Source of the DNA: a virus
Taxonomy: Duplodnaviria > Caudoviricetes
Reading direction: 5' to 3' (one strand)
DNA length: 54,387 nt
Virus record (IMG/VR): IMGVR_UViG_3300028610_002189
Coordinates: 1-54,387 of that record
Shown: one piece after another, positions 17,002-27,176 of the stretch
Position numbering within the stretch: the first letter of the stretch is position 1
How the letters are laid out: every line of letters starts with the position of its first letter
Position numbers and translations under genes: made by a program
The notes under the pieces: model-generated
The model's input: only the letters and a program-made list of their open reading frames with translations
Database searches by the model: none
Told to the model about the DNA's origin: nothing

Positions 17002-17009
17002 TTTTCCTC

Positions 17010-17279
17010 CTAAAATTTTCTAAAGAGTATTTCTATTCTTTTCTTATCTGTCATAATATCACTTATCTCTATTGCCCAACTAGTTTTATGAAAACCCTTT
17101 AAATGCTCTGTTAAAACTTCCGCCAACGCCCTCCAATCTAACTGTCGAATCTCTGGGGCATGATACAAGGCATCGGACCAAACCTTATTTAAAGCTTTTA
17201 TAAGTCCTGTTCTACCTTCAAAATTTGCTGGAATCTCTTTTTCTATTTGGTCAATCACTTTCCAAATATCTCTTTCCAT
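17010..17279 (-). CDS. Hypothetical protein
   Basis: AAGGAGG SD. Confidence 0.6.
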   Translation of the reverse strand: MERDIWKVIDQIEKEIPANFEGRTGLIKALNKVWSDALYHAPEIRQLDWRALAEVLTEHLKGFHKTSWAIEISDIMTDKKRIEILFRKF

Positions 17280-17294
17280 TTTCTTTCCCTCCTT

Positions 17295-17537
17295 CTATCT
17301 ATGATGCCAATGCGGATTACTTCGTTTGTTAGTAGTGATTTTTGTCTTTTCTTTTACCTTTGGTTCGAATATTATTACTTTTTCGTCTATCAATGCTTGT
17401 ATTATCTCTTTATCTGTCGTTAATAACTTGTTGTCACTCTTGCGATAGTGCTTTGTTCCTGCTGCTAAAGCTTCGCGTATTGAAGCTAAAATTGTAATAG
17501 CCTTATCTACCCTTTCAATTTCTTTATCGTCATACAT
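17295..17537 (-). CDS. Hypothetical protein
   Basis: TAATG coupling to upstream gene. Confidence 0.6.
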   Translation of the reverse strand: MYDDKEIERVDKAITILASIREALAAGTKHYRKSDNKLLTTDKEIIQALIDEKVIIFEPKVKEKTKITTNKRSNPHWHHR

Positions 17538-17860
17538 TATATGTCACTTCCTTTATATTCAATGCCTTCTGATTTGGCCCAATCTTTTGCATACATTATA
17601 GCTTGTTTTCTCTTCATGCCTGGACCAGTGTTGATTGGCTCATACGCATCAAACTCATCATTCCATCCAAATAATACTGCTTTTGGCCCACCAATCGAAC
17701 TCATTATAGTAACGTAAGGAGGTCTTTCTTCTTCCATAATCTCATAAGTTACATAACAGCTAGGACAATGATATTTAGTTTCACCTTTTTCATTGACTCC
17801 AATAAATATCATTCTAATTTTACACTTTTTACACTTTCTTTTTCTTACAATAAGATCCAT
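17537..17860 (-). CDS. Zn-ribbon protein
   Basis: CKKC...CPSC; GGAG SD. Confidence 0.65.
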   Translation of the reverse strand: MDLIVRKRKCKKCKIRMIFIGVNEKGETKYHCPSCYVTYEIMEEERPPYVTIMSSIGGPKAVLFGWNDEFDAYEPINTGPGMKRKQAIMYAKDWAKSEGIEYKGSDI

Positions 17861-17869
17861 ATTAATCTC

Positions 17870-18361
17870 CTATAATTTGCTTACAGGCAACCATTTCGAA
17901 ATTTTATAATCATTAAGATCTCTGGGTTTGGTTATTGTAGGTAATGGGTCTTTTATTGAAATTCCATTCCAATATATTGCATGATGTTGACATTCACATT
18001 CTGCTTCAGTTATTAATATGGCTGGTTGATTCATATATACATCTATACATATTTTACTTTCTACTATATCATGTTCTTGTGGGTTTTTTATATATAGTCC
18101 TAATATATATCCTTTATCTAATAGAAAACCATATATTTCATATTCATAATAACCTTTTTCACCTGTATTGCCTGTTTTATTTTTGATATATTTTTTTATT
18201 TCCTGTATCGGAGTATTTGTTATCATACTTGCTACTGCTGGTAAGCAGTCATTAGAAAAGAGACTTTGTTTAATTGTTTGTTCATGTATATTTTTTCTTA
18301 GGCTATCTATTAGTTCTTTAACCAGTTCTGGTGATTTTTTATAATCTTTTAATGTCAACAT
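17870..18361 (-). CDS. Papain-like cysteine peptidase (C39-like) domain protein
   Basis: Q..F.NDCLPAVASMIT (Cys) ... HHAIYWNG..IKDP (His, Asp). Confidence 0.6.
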   Translation of the reverse strand: MLTLKDYKKSPELVKELIDSLRKNIHEQTIKQSLFSNDCLPAVASMITNTPIQEIKKYIKNKTGNTGEKGYYEYEIYGFLLDKGYILGLYIKNPQEHDIVESKICIDVYMNQPAILITEAECECQHHAIYWNGISIKDPLPTITKPRDLNDYKISKWLPVSKL

Positions 18362-18364
18362 TTT

Positions 18365-18814
18365 TTATTTACCTCTAGATATTATATAGAATCTATTGTC
18401 TAATATAGGCTCTAAAATCTTTTTTACATATTTCCATTTTAATCTTCCATTTGCACAACCTGGACGTGGCAAAATAACTCTCTTATACTTTGGATTACCG
18501 CATATTCTAACCAGTGCTAAAGCACTAGTTTTTATTAACTCAGGACTTGACTTTTCCCACCAGTTGTATTTGGTGGGAAAAGACCATATATCAGTTTTCT
18601 TTTTTAGTCCCAAAATTAATAATCCAGGTACATTGCCATTTTTTGTTATATGTTCTGCTAATACTTTGTCTATCTCTGGGAATTTTAGTTTTGCTTGTAA
18701 TGCACACCCCCTACCCATTACGGCTTTACCATTTCTTTTTATGAAGCTGTTAGTGGTTATGCATATTAAATCTGCATCTTTTTGTTCCCAAAGATCTCCT
18801 TTTATTTCTTTCAT
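18365..18814 (-). CDS. Macrodomain (ADP-ribose binding/hydrolase, DarG-macro-like) protein
   Basis: IKGDLW, ITTN...G.AVMGRGCALQ, FPTK..W...S, LPRPGCANG.L.W motifs. Confidence 0.85.
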   Translation of the reverse strand: MKEIKGDLWEQKDADLICITTNSFIKRNGKAVMGRGCALQAKLKFPEIDKVLAEHITKNGNVPGLLILGLKKKTDIWSFPTKYNWWEKSSPELIKTSALALVRICGNPKYKRVILPRPGCANGRLKWKYVKKILEPILDNRFYIISRGK

Positions 18815-19734
18815 TATGTCTCCAATTCAAGTTCTTCTATAACTTTATTTTTTAGCTTCTTTTGGTTCTTAGATATAGCTTTTAGAATTCTTTTATTTGC
18901 ACCCTTTAGAAGAGTGTGACATTCTAGTTCTGCTAACAGATTTGTATACTTGCCTTTTATTGAGCAACGAGCTAATTGTACTTCATCAGGTATTAGTATC
19001 TTAGTTATATATGTCATTGTATCTAGTAATTTAAGATCCTTTCTAATCAATTTATTTAATCTTACATATTTACTTTCTGTTTCATTAATATTTTTAGTTA
19101 CTCTTCTGGCAGTTCCATATTTTTTTATAAGATATGTGGCAAATTCATTGCCTATTCCTTTAAAACCAGCTACATTGTCTGTTCTACACCCTGCAAGTAT
19201 TTTAATTTCTTTAGCTTGTCTTGGTGTCAGACCTTTTTCTTTTTTTAATTCTTCTTTATCCATTATAAGAAATTCGCCGTCAACATTATTTATAAGAACA
19301 AATCTATTACGTATCATAGCAAATGCATCACTATCATTAGTGTAAAAATATCCAAATCTGTTTTTACCATCTAACTTTCTTTTTATGTAATTTGCTATAT
19401 CTTCTCCTTCATAACCTTTGTGGAATAAATTAGGTATTTGTAATGATTTTAATATTGCTTTAGTTACTTCACTTTCAGTGTGGATATCTATTTCAAGTGG
19501 TTCACGCTTTTCTTTATATTGTGGATAAATTGATTTTTTTATAAGAGGATGTCCTTCCCATGTTACCAATATAAAATCTGGGTTGAACTTTATTTTCATG
19601 TCTATCATTGCTTTTATAAACCCAAATGGTATGCCAGATATTATTTCTTTATCTCTAAAGGTGGCAGTTAATTTTTGGTGACTGAAGAGTGATTTATATG
19701 TTAAAAATTGCCCATCAATTATAAGAAATTTCAT
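18814..19734 (-). CDS. 5'-3' exonuclease / flap endonuclease (PolI N-terminal, T5 D15 family)
   Basis: LIIDG, YK..R, GYEGEDIA, TNDSD, LAGCRTDNVAGFKGIG (H3TH) motifs. Confidence 0.85.
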   Translation of the reverse strand: MKFLIIDGQFLTYKSLFSHQKLTATFRDKEIISGIPFGFIKAMIDMKIKFNPDFILVTWEGHPLIKKSIYPQYKEKREPLEIDIHTESEVTKAILKSLQIPNLFHKGYEGEDIANYIKRKLDGKNRFGYFYTNDSDAFAMIRNRFVLINNVDGEFLIMDKEELKKEKGLTPRQAKEIKILAGCRTDNVAGFKGIGNEFATYLIKKYGTARRVTKNINETESKYVRLNKLIRKDLKLLDTMTYITKILIPDEVQLARCSIKGKYTNLLAELECHTLLKGANKRILKAISKNQKKLKNKVIEELELET

Positions 19735-19976
19735 AGTTCTATACCTCTAGGATTAATTTAAAAAGTTTATATATTTTGCTGTACGGTACTTAAAGCAATA
19801 AAAACAAAAATATATTTTTTCGTTCAAAATACTAACATGGTTTCTATTTGAGTTGATTGGCATTTGTCATATAGAATTTGTTCTGCCATTGTAATTATGT
19901 TATGGTTATATAAATTGTAAAAGAAAACTATAGATTTTAGTAGAGTTAATAGAACTTTAGTTCTGGAGGAGGTGTT
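19735..19976. promoter_or_regulatory. Divergent intergenic region between accessory arm and morphogenesis operon
   Basis: Coding strand switches here; AT-rich; possible TTGAGT-18-TAGAAT at 19848-19877. Confidence 0.5.
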
Positions 19977-20525
19977 ATGTCTTTTGATGAAAAAGGACTA
20001 AGTCTTGAACAATGGAAGGCTGCTGAAATTTTTGCTTTGGGTGTTAAAGTTAAAGATAAGGCTATTGCAAAAGATTGTAACGTAAAAACTAGTACTATTA
20101 GAGAATGGAAGAAAAATCCTATATTTAGACTAGCAGTTTTAAAGAAATTTGAAGAAAATATATCAATATTAAGATCAAATAGAATAGGTAACATTACTAA
20201 GTTTTTATCTCCCATGTATAAAGCTATTGGGGAAAAATTAGAAGATGAGGAGATGGGTGAAGAATATTCCTTGAAACAACTTGTTGATATGGTAACTAAG
20301 CTACATAATGAAATTAGACAAGATTCAGTACAATTTTTAAGAAATAAAGGATTATTGACTATGCTAGCGGAGTATACTGGCAGGGATCCAAGTGAAATAA
20401 GTGAAGAAGGTATGGATGTGTCTGATGCTGCTGAACAAAGATATATTAAGCGTAGGAATAAAGCTAAAAAACATTCTGAGAAAAAGGTTGTGAGTATTGC
20501 TAAAAAGAGGTCATCAACTGGTTAA
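19977..20525 (+). CDS. Probable terminase small subunit (N-terminal HTH)
   Basis: LSLEQWKAAE...KAIAKDCNVKTSTIREWKK.P.F HTH; upstream of TerL. Confidence 0.65.
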   Translation: MSFDEKGLSLEQWKAAEIFALGVKVKDKAIAKDCNVKTSTIREWKKNPIFRLAVLKKFEENISILRSNRIGNITKFLSPMYKAIGEKLEDEEMGEEYSLKQLVDMVTKLHNEIRQDSVQFLRNKGLLTMLAEYTGRDPSEISEEGMDVSDAAEQRYIKRRNKAKKHSEKKVVSIAKKRSSTG

Positions 20526-20530
20526 TATTA

Positions 20531-20839
20531 ATGAAAACAGTTCAAGAGATTTATGCTGGTGTGTTTAAATTTGAGCTTGAAGATGGCACATTTATAGAAA
20601 CTATAGTTAAGGGTATTTTTAATAATTACTATGAAATTACTGTAACTACTTATTATGAGCAGGTTTTTGATTTAGTGCGACTATGTGAAAGTATATTTAG
20701 ATCAAAATTAAGAGTAGTAGATCTTCCTGGTAAATTGATTAGTTGGAAGTTGATATGGTTTAGTGCTAAAGGAATTGAGGAACTTGATAAGAATATATAT
20801 CTTGATCAATTAAAAGATTTTGATGGTACTGTTCATTAA
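20531..20839 (+). CDS. Hypothetical protein
   Basis: ORF tightly packed between TerS and TerL. Confidence 0.55.
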   Translation: MKTVQEIYAGVFKFELEDGTFIETIVKGIFNNYYEITVTTYYEQVFDLVRLCESIFRSKLRVVDLPGKLISWKLIWFSAKGIEELDKNIYLDQLKDFDGTVH

Positions 20840-20842
20840 ATT

Positions 20843-22741
20843 ATGAGACGTTATCCTGTAATAATTAAAGAGAAAAAGAAAAAGGAAGTAAAGCGTAGTC
20901 CTGTAATTGTTAAGAGTGCAAAGAAAGCAAAAAGAAAGAAGAAAATAAAAAGATATCCTGCTTCTTCCTCAGGTCCATTAATAATTTCCTATGTTGATCC
21001 CACCGAAGATCCGCAAGGCTTTAGAGAATCTACTAAAGAAGCTATGAAGAGTTTTGCTGAAGCCATTTCTACCGAAGCTGGTTGGATAGAAAATCTTACA
21101 GAAAGCCCTAGTGATGTTGGTTTTGCTCCTTCAGTTTTATATCCCTATCAAAAAGCTCACATGAGTAACTATAACAAGTATCGTTGGATGAATAAAAGCA
21201 GGCAGATAGGTGCTAGTTTTGGATTTAGTTGTGAAGGACTTGCTAAATGTCATTTGTTAGATCATTATACAAAAATATTTGTTAGTTATAATCAGGAAGA
21301 GGCTAATGAGAAAATTAATTATGCTCGTTCATTATATGAAAGTTTGCCTTTTAAATATCAACGTAAATTAACTGTAGATAGAGTGACTGCTTTAGAATTT
21401 GAGAAACGAACAGTTGGTGGCCGTCGTTGTATTACAAGATTAATTTCTCATCCTCAAAGGGCTGTACGTGGTAAGGGAGGAAATGTTGATGTTGATTTAG
21501 ATGAGTTTGCACATTTTACTTGGGATACAAAAATATATGTGGCTGCTGTGCCAGTAATTACTCGTGGTTTTGGTCAAATTACAGTAGGGAGTTCTCCACT
21601 TGGCAGATTAGGATTGCATTGGCAAATTGGTGAAGATAGAAAACGCTATCCTACATATAGTAGACAAAATATTTTTTGGTGGGAATGTCCAGTATTTGTT
21701 AATAATTACGGTAATTTACATTTTGCAGAAGTACAGAAAAAAGCTCCTCTTATGTCTACAGAGGAGCGTGTATTGACATATGGAAGTGAAGCAATTATAC
21801 AGGCTTATTACTCATCTATACTTGAAGATTTTCAGCAAGAATATGAATTGCGTCCATTTGATGAGAGGGAGTCATACTATCCTATTGATTTAATTAAGTC
21901 TTGTACTTTTGAAAAACTAAGAGGAATAGTGGAGATTAGTGAAGATGATAGTTATGGAGATAATCCAGAACAAATTAAGCCTGTGCATCCTGGATTAGAA
22001 TATAAGATTTATGATACTATAAATGAATTGGCTAGAGATATTCAAAGAGGGAAAGTAAGTAAATTTCTATATGGTGGTTATGATGTTGGTAGACATGAAA
22101 ATACAAGTGAACTTACAATTTTAGAAGAAATTAGAGATTCTGATAATTTTCAAATGATTAGGCTGTCGTTAACTGGAAGAAATATGGAGTTTGAAGCGCA
22201 ACGCCAACTCCTTGATAAGGCTTTTAAGTTTTTACCAATAAGGAAGCTTTCTATAGATTCAACTGGAATGGGTAAAGATTTAGGTGAATATATAAAGAAG
22301 CGTTATAGAAGTAGAGTTGATTGTGTAGATTTCAATAATCAAAATAAGCAAGATATGTGTGTAAATATTAAAATAAGAATGGAAGATCAGATGATTGGCT
22401 ATCCATCTGATAAAGATTTAATTAGACAAATACACTCTATTAAGCGTGAGATATCACAAACTAATCAAGTTAGATTTAATGCTGAGAAAAGTAGAACTCA
22501 TCATGGTGATAAGTTTTGGTCTTTAGCTCTATCTTCTGTAAGTGGCTCTCCAATACAGAGACTTAGAGCTTTCATTACTCCAAAAGTAGAGGTTGTGAGC
22601 CAAACTGCAAATGTAATTGTGTTAGATGAAAGACGCAAATTTCCAAAAAATAAAGATATATTTATCTTGCCATCTGGTATTGAAAAACCACCTATGCACA
22701 TAGACTCTTTAGGTGCAACTATTTTAAAAATAGGGAGATAA
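20843..22741 (+). CDS. terL: Terminase large subunit (Mu gp28-like)
   Basis: LYPYQ, KSRQIGAS Walker A, VDLDEFAH Walker B, FQQEYE, GYDVG, IDSTGMG, HGDKFWSLAL. Confidence 0.93.
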   Translation: MRRYPVIIKEKKKKEVKRSPVIVKSAKKAKRKKKIKRYPASSSGPLIISYVDPTEDPQGFRESTKEAMKSFAEAISTEAGWIENLTESPSDVGFAPSVLYPYQKAHMSNYNKYRWMNKSRQIGASFGFSCEGLAKCHLLDHYTKIFVSYNQEEANEKINYARSLYESLPFKYQRKLTVDRVTALEFEKRTVGGRRCITRLISHPQRAVRGKGGNVDVDLDEFAHFTWDTKIYVAAVPVITRGFGQITVGSSPLGRLGLHWQIGEDRKRYPTYSRQNIFWWECPVFVNNYGNLHFAEVQKKAPLMSTEERVLTYGSEAIIQAYYSSILEDFQQEYELRPFDERESYYPIDLIKSCTFEKLRGIVEISEDDSYGDNPEQIKPVHPGLEYKIYDTINELARDIQRGKVSKFLYGGYDVGRHENTSELTILEEIRDSDNFQMIRLSLTGRNMEFEAQRQLLDKAFKFLPIRKLSIDSTGMGKDLGEYIKKRYRSRVDCVDFNNQNKQDMCVNIKIRMEDQMIGYPSDKDLIRQIHSIKREISQTNQVRFNAEKSRTHHGDKFWSLALSSVSGSPIQRLRAFITPKVEVVSQTANVIVLDERRKFPKNKDIFILPSGIEKPPMHIDSLGATILKIGR

Positions 22742-22744
22742 CTA

Positions 22745-24355
22745 ATGAATCAGGAAGCAATAATAAATCCTAATAGATCTTTAGCACTTTCTAATTATGG
22801 AAGATTTAGGAATGATAGTAGAGAAGTAATTGGTATAATGCGTAATCTAGGTGTTGATAAGTCTGTTAGAGATAAAATGAGAGTTTTTTTAGCTGATGCT
22901 GAAAAGTCTATGAAGATTAACAGAAAGGCTATGCAGAAGGAGTTAACAAAATCTGGTCATCCTACGTTTGTTTATACTATGATGCCTGAAACCATTGGTG
23001 CATATTATCCAGATGATATACCAGTTGATACTTATATGAAAATGAAACAAGATCCGCAAGTATCACTTGGACTTGCTATAATTAAAATGCCGCTAATGTC
23101 TTTGAAATGGGTTATAGAATGTGAAGATAAAGATATAGCAGCGTTTGTTACTGAAGCTATTAGTATGATTTGGAGAAAGTTATTGAAGTCTATGTTAACG
23201 GCAATTGAGTTTGGTTTTGCTAGTCATGAAAAAGTATGGTGGATGTTTCCTATGGATGTGCATTCTACTACTGCCGCTGGTAGAAAAAAGACTCATTTCA
23301 AAGGTAAAGCTGAGGTATATAAAAAGGTAAAAGCACATTATCCTAGTACAATAAGGATTAGAACTGATGGAAATACAGGCGATTTCCTTGGAATAGTGCA
23401 AGATATTGGTGGTGGTAGTGTTGTTTCGCTTGATAGAGATAAATGTTTTTTATTTTCTCTTGAAGATGATTTTGGTAATTACTTTGGAGGTAGTAGATTA
23501 AAACAAGCTTATAAGCCTTGGTATTGGAAAGAAGTTCTATATCAATTTATGTTAAGATATTATGAGAGAAGAGGTAGTCCTCCAACGATTGTTACATATC
23601 CTATGGGAGTAAATATAGACCCAAGTGGGAATGAGGTAGATAATTGTACTATTGCTCTTAGGGTAGGTCAAAGTCTTATTGAAAATAGTGTTGTTACTCT
23701 ACCTTATGAGGAGACTAAGGATGGAAGAAGTAATCAATGGCAAGTTGATTATTTAAAAGATGAGAAACGTGGTGAAATGTTTATAGATTGTATAACACAT
23801 TTAGAAACTCAAATATTACGTGGATTACTTGTACCAGAGAGAGTGGTTACGCAAGATATATCTACTGGTAGTTATAGTATGGCAGCTACTCATGCTGAGG
23901 CTTTTCTTTTAGCACAGGAAGGTCTTACTAGCACAATTGAAGATGCTGTGAATGATCAATTAATACCTCCGCTTGTTGAATTTAATTTTAAACCAAAAGA
24001 AAGGATATCTTGTAGGTTGCAACTTGAAGGTATACAACATGATAGGAAAAGATTACTTAAAGAGATATTTATTGCGATAATAAATAATATAAATACGTTT
24101 GCTAAAATGGGACAGATACCTAATGTGTTACCAAGTATTGTTGAGATGGCTAAGGTATTGAAAGTTCCATTGCAACCATTTTCTGAGGAGTATGTAAGTG
24201 GTGAAGAAGTTGGTTTGCTAGAAACTACAGGAGATAAAGCAAGAGGTAAAGGAGGTGATGATAAAGTTACTAAGGAAGAAGTTGCTGAGAGTAAGAAAGT
24301 TATTCCTATTAAAAAGAAGACTGCTAGTGTAAAGCGTTACCCTATAACTTTATAG
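22745..24355 (+). CDS. Portal protein (Mu gp29 / DUF935-like)
   Basis: AIEFGFASHEKVW, YERRGSP, GSYSMAATH, NDQLIPPLVEFNF; follows TerL. Confidence 0.88.
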   Translation: MNQEAIINPNRSLALSNYGRFRNDSREVIGIMRNLGVDKSVRDKMRVFLADAEKSMKINRKAMQKELTKSGHPTFVYTMMPETIGAYYPDDIPVDTYMKMKQDPQVSLGLAIIKMPLMSLKWVIECEDKDIAAFVTEAISMIWRKLLKSMLTAIEFGFASHEKVWWMFPMDVHSTTAAGRKKTHFKGKAEVYKKVKAHYPSTIRIRTDGNTGDFLGIVQDIGGGSVVSLDRDKCFLFSLEDDFGNYFGGSRLKQAYKPWYWKEVLYQFMLRYYERRGSPPTIVTYPMGVNIDPSGNEVDNCTIALRVGQSLIENSVVTLPYEETKDGRSNQWQVDYLKDEKRGEMFIDCITHLETQILRGLLVPERVVTQDISTGSYSMAATHAEAFLLAQEGLTSTIEDAVNDQLIPPLVEFNFKPKERISCRLQLEGIQHDRKRLLKEIFIAIINNINTFAKMGQIPNVLPSIVEMAKVLKVPLQPFSEEYVSGEEVGLLETTGDKARGKGGDDKVTKEEVAESKKVIPIKKKTASVKRYPITL

Positions 24356-24496
24356 TAAAATATTTTTTCAAAGGTGTGATATTTATATTTTTGAATTGAC
24401 TGGTTATAATTTAGAATGTTCTAGCTTGTGAATACTGTATTTGTAGTATATATATAGTATAGATTTAAAAAAATAGAAAAGAAGGGGGGATAATTA

Positions 24497-24829
24497 TTGT
24501 CATTAAAAGTAAACATTAACTTTCCATTATTTAGAGAACTTAAACAAATGGGAATCGTTGTTAATGACGGTTCTGTCGAGCGTGTATCTGGTCCTTTTGG
24601 AATTAAAATGGAAACTATAAAAGGGCTGAATACTGGAGGTACACGTACTTTGGCAAAAACACCCATCGCAAATGGTGTCATAGGAGTAATTGCTTTAGAA
24701 CCTGGCGCTCCAGATTCAGATGCAACTAATATGACGTTGACTACGGATTATACATTGTCTGGAACTACATTTACATTTGTTGGTGATTGGTCACATCATT
24801 TTATTATTACAACCTATGCCTATGGCTAG
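24497..24829 (+). CDS. Small beta-rich protein, probably virion-associated
   Basis: TTDYTLSGTTFTF Ig-like strand pattern; GGGGG SD before TTG. Confidence 0.5.
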   Translation: MSLKVNINFPLFRELKQMGIVVNDGSVERVSGPFGIKMETIKGLNTGGTRTLAKTPIANGVIGVIALEPGAPDSDATNMTLTTDYTLSGTTFTFVGDWSHHFIITTYAYG

Positions 24830-24841
24830 GATAGAAATTAA

Positions 24842-25453
24842 ATGGAGGGTAATATGTTAGATCGCATGATTAAGTTTGGTGAGCTTAAGATTACAACTCT
24901 ATATACTAGCCAAGACCATAGTGACGTACATTATTTGTGGAAGATGCGAAAAGCACTATCTATTTTATGTGTTGAAGATTCAATAAAAGTTAGTGAAGTA
25001 GAGATTGTTGATTTGCATACTTCTATGGTAAGAAACATGATTAATATAGGTAAGGGTCATTGGTATGACGAGTGGGAACCAGGTTTAGATTCTACTCTGC
25101 CTGATGATCTTAAGCTTGCCAGTGATGGATATAATCCACCTGAGGGTAGTGGATTATTTGATTTGACTGAAAAAGATATAGAGGAAAGACAACTCTATAT
25201 GGATTATGGTGCTATAAAATGTTGGACAATTTCTACTAAGCGGGAGAATGTTCCTGCTGGTCATTTTTTTGATTCGAAGAATAAAAAATATCCTTATAAG
25301 AATTCTAATGGTACTATAAACTGTGAAGGTATTTTAGCAGCAAAGCGTATGGCTGCTGGAGTTAAAAATAGTGAGAAGGCTTCTGCTGTGATTAGAGTTA
25401 AAATAAATCGTATGTGGAGTGGTAAATGTAAAGAAAAGGAAGATAAAAAATAA
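24842..25453 (+). CDS. Head-module hypothetical protein
   Basis: Between portal and protease; C-terminal KYPYK..GTIN..G..AA motif. Confidence 0.55.
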   Translation: MEGNMLDRMIKFGELKITTLYTSQDHSDVHYLWKMRKALSILCVEDSIKVSEVEIVDLHTSMVRNMINIGKGHWYDEWEPGLDSTLPDDLKLASDGYNPPEGSGLFDLTEKDIEERQLYMDYGAIKCWTISTKRENVPAGHFFDSKNKKYPYKNSNGTINCEGILAAKRMAAGVKNSEKASAVIRVKINRMWSGKCKEKEDKK

Positions 25454-25471
25454 ATAGAGGAGGTAAGCATC

Positions 25472-26587
25472 GTGAAAGATAAGTTTATTAGTTTCATTAA
25501 ATTGACTGATACTGGAACCGACGATGACGAGCTTGTACACGTTGAAATGCTGCGAGTTGGCAAGTTTGATCATCCTTTTCATGGCGAACTTGATATTACA
25601 CCAGAGCTTCTTGGAGGTATAGTTACAAATTTTGAAAACAATGTGTTAAAAAGAGATGTAAGTTTTGATTGGAACCACGACCAAAAAGAAGCTTCAGCTT
25701 GGTTGAAAGACCTTGAAATTGTTGATGATGTGCTTGTTGGTAGTGTTAGTTTTACTAAAAAAGGTACGGAAAGTGTTAAAGAAGATGAATATGGTTATTT
25801 CAGTATAGAGTATGCTGATAATTATGTTGATCCTGAAACTGATGAAGAATTTGGTCCTACTCTGTTAGGTGGTGCATTAACTAACAGGCCATTTATTAGT
25901 GATCTTAAGAAAATAGAATTTGAAAATCCAGATTTTGATGGTAAAGTTTATAGACTTGAGGAGGCTAAGAGTATGAGAAAAAAGGTAAAGAGGGAGCCTG
26001 TAACTACCGATGATCCTGCTGAGGTTAAAAAGTTGCAGGATGAGAATGATAAACTCAAACAAGCTCTTAAAGATAAAAAGGAAGAGTTAGATGATGTAGA
26101 TAATATTGATGGTAAAGTTAAAAAACTCACTTCTACTGTCAAAAAGATGGTGGAAACTAATAAAGATTTAGAAAAGGAAATTAAAACTCTTAAAGGTGAT
26201 GTTGAAACAAAAGATGAAGAAACACGTAAGCTAAGAGTAGAATCTTTATGTGAAAAATTATCTATAGATGATGGTCATCATAGAGGTGTTATTGAAGTTG
26301 CTAAAGAAATTATGTTAGCTGATAAAACTGGTCGAAAAGTAGTTAAACTATCTGAAACAGTTGGTGAAGGTGATGATGCTGTAACTACTGAGTATGAACT
26401 TAGTGTTACTGATTCTGTTCTTAAGCTTCTTGAAGCTATACCTGATTCGCAACGTACTGACCTTAGTGAAAAAACAAGTATAAAAGATGCTAAAACAATT
26501 GATGATGAGGCTGAAGATAAAGGTATAAAAGCTGCTTTTGAGAGGAAAGGTGTTAAAACTCTCAATGAAAAAAGAAAAGCAGCCTAG
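25472..26587 (+). CDS. Prohead protease/scaffold (Mu gpI-like) with nested scaffold start at 25973
   Basis: DWNH...ASAW, YGYFSIEY, GGALTNRPF; coiled-coil C-half; internal GAGGAGG-ATG in frame. Confidence 0.85.
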   Translation: MKDKFISFIKLTDTGTDDDELVHVEMLRVGKFDHPFHGELDITPELLGGIVTNFENNVLKRDVSFDWNHDQKEASAWLKDLEIVDDVLVGSVSFTKKGTESVKEDEYGYFSIEYADNYVDPETDEEFGPTLLGGALTNRPFISDLKKIEFENPDFDGKVYRLEEAKSMRKKVKREPVTTDDPAEVKKLQDENDKLKQALKDKKEELDDVDNIDGKVKKLTSTVKKMVETNKDLEKEIKTLKGDVETKDEETRKLRVESLCEKLSIDDGHHRGVIEVAKEIMLADKTGRKVVKLSETVGEGDDAVTTEYELSVTDSVLKLLEAIPDSQRTDLSEKTSIKDAKTIDDEAEDKGIKAAFERKGVKTLNEKRKAA

Positions 26588-26610
26588 TTATAAGTTATAG
26601 GTGATTATTT

Positions 26611-27150
26611 ATGTCTCTACAAAGTAATTTTCCTGCTGATGGATGGGGAATACAGTCAAAGTACTATGATGAAGATTTACTTTTTAATGGTACTTATGAA
26701 GTTATCTCTGTAACTTTAGATAAAGATTCTAGAGATAATAACAATACGACTGTAACAACACTTAGAAAAGGATTATTGCTTACTAAACGCAATGATGGCA
26801 AATATGAACCACTTAATACGGCAGATGGTTACTTAAATGGTAACAATCCAACACACTTTATGAAAGATATAGTTATACTTGGATATGAGTTTAAAATAAC
26901 AACTCATACAGTTAAACTTATTAAGAAGGAGAAAGTTGCGGAAGATCTCATAGTTCCTGTTTACTGGTCGTGTAATATAAAAGAAGCTAAATTACGCTAT
27001 AATAACAGTGTAAATGTTGAGATTACAGATGCTCAGTGGATAGAAGTAAATGGTAGAATAGACGTAGTACCTTCTACAATGCGAAAATTCACAAGTGACT
27101 ATGGTGAATTAAGAGTTCTTCCTGGTATTCAAAATGTTGTAACAATTTAA
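26611..27150 (+). CDS. Head decoration protein, paralogue 1
   Basis: SVTLD...LRKGLLL...DGKY; position before MCP; aligns with next gene. Confidence 0.65.
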   Translation: MSLQSNFPADGWGIQSKYYDEDLLFNGTYEVISVTLDKDSRDNNNTTVTTLRKGLLLTKRNDGKYEPLNTADGYLNGNNPTHFMKDIVILGYEFKITTHTVKLIKKEKVAEDLIVPVYWSCNIKEAKLRYNNSVNVEITDAQWIEVNGRIDVVPSTMRKFTSDYGELRVLPGIQNVVTI

Positions 27151-27176
27151 GAAAAAACTTTTAAGGAGGTACAAGA

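Noticed and set aside
20-19345. Plus-strand ORFs in the left arm (e.g. 458-1036, 4583-5005, 18396-18842)
   Set aside because: Antisense shadows of SD-supported minus-strand genes, with F/S/L-rich composition.
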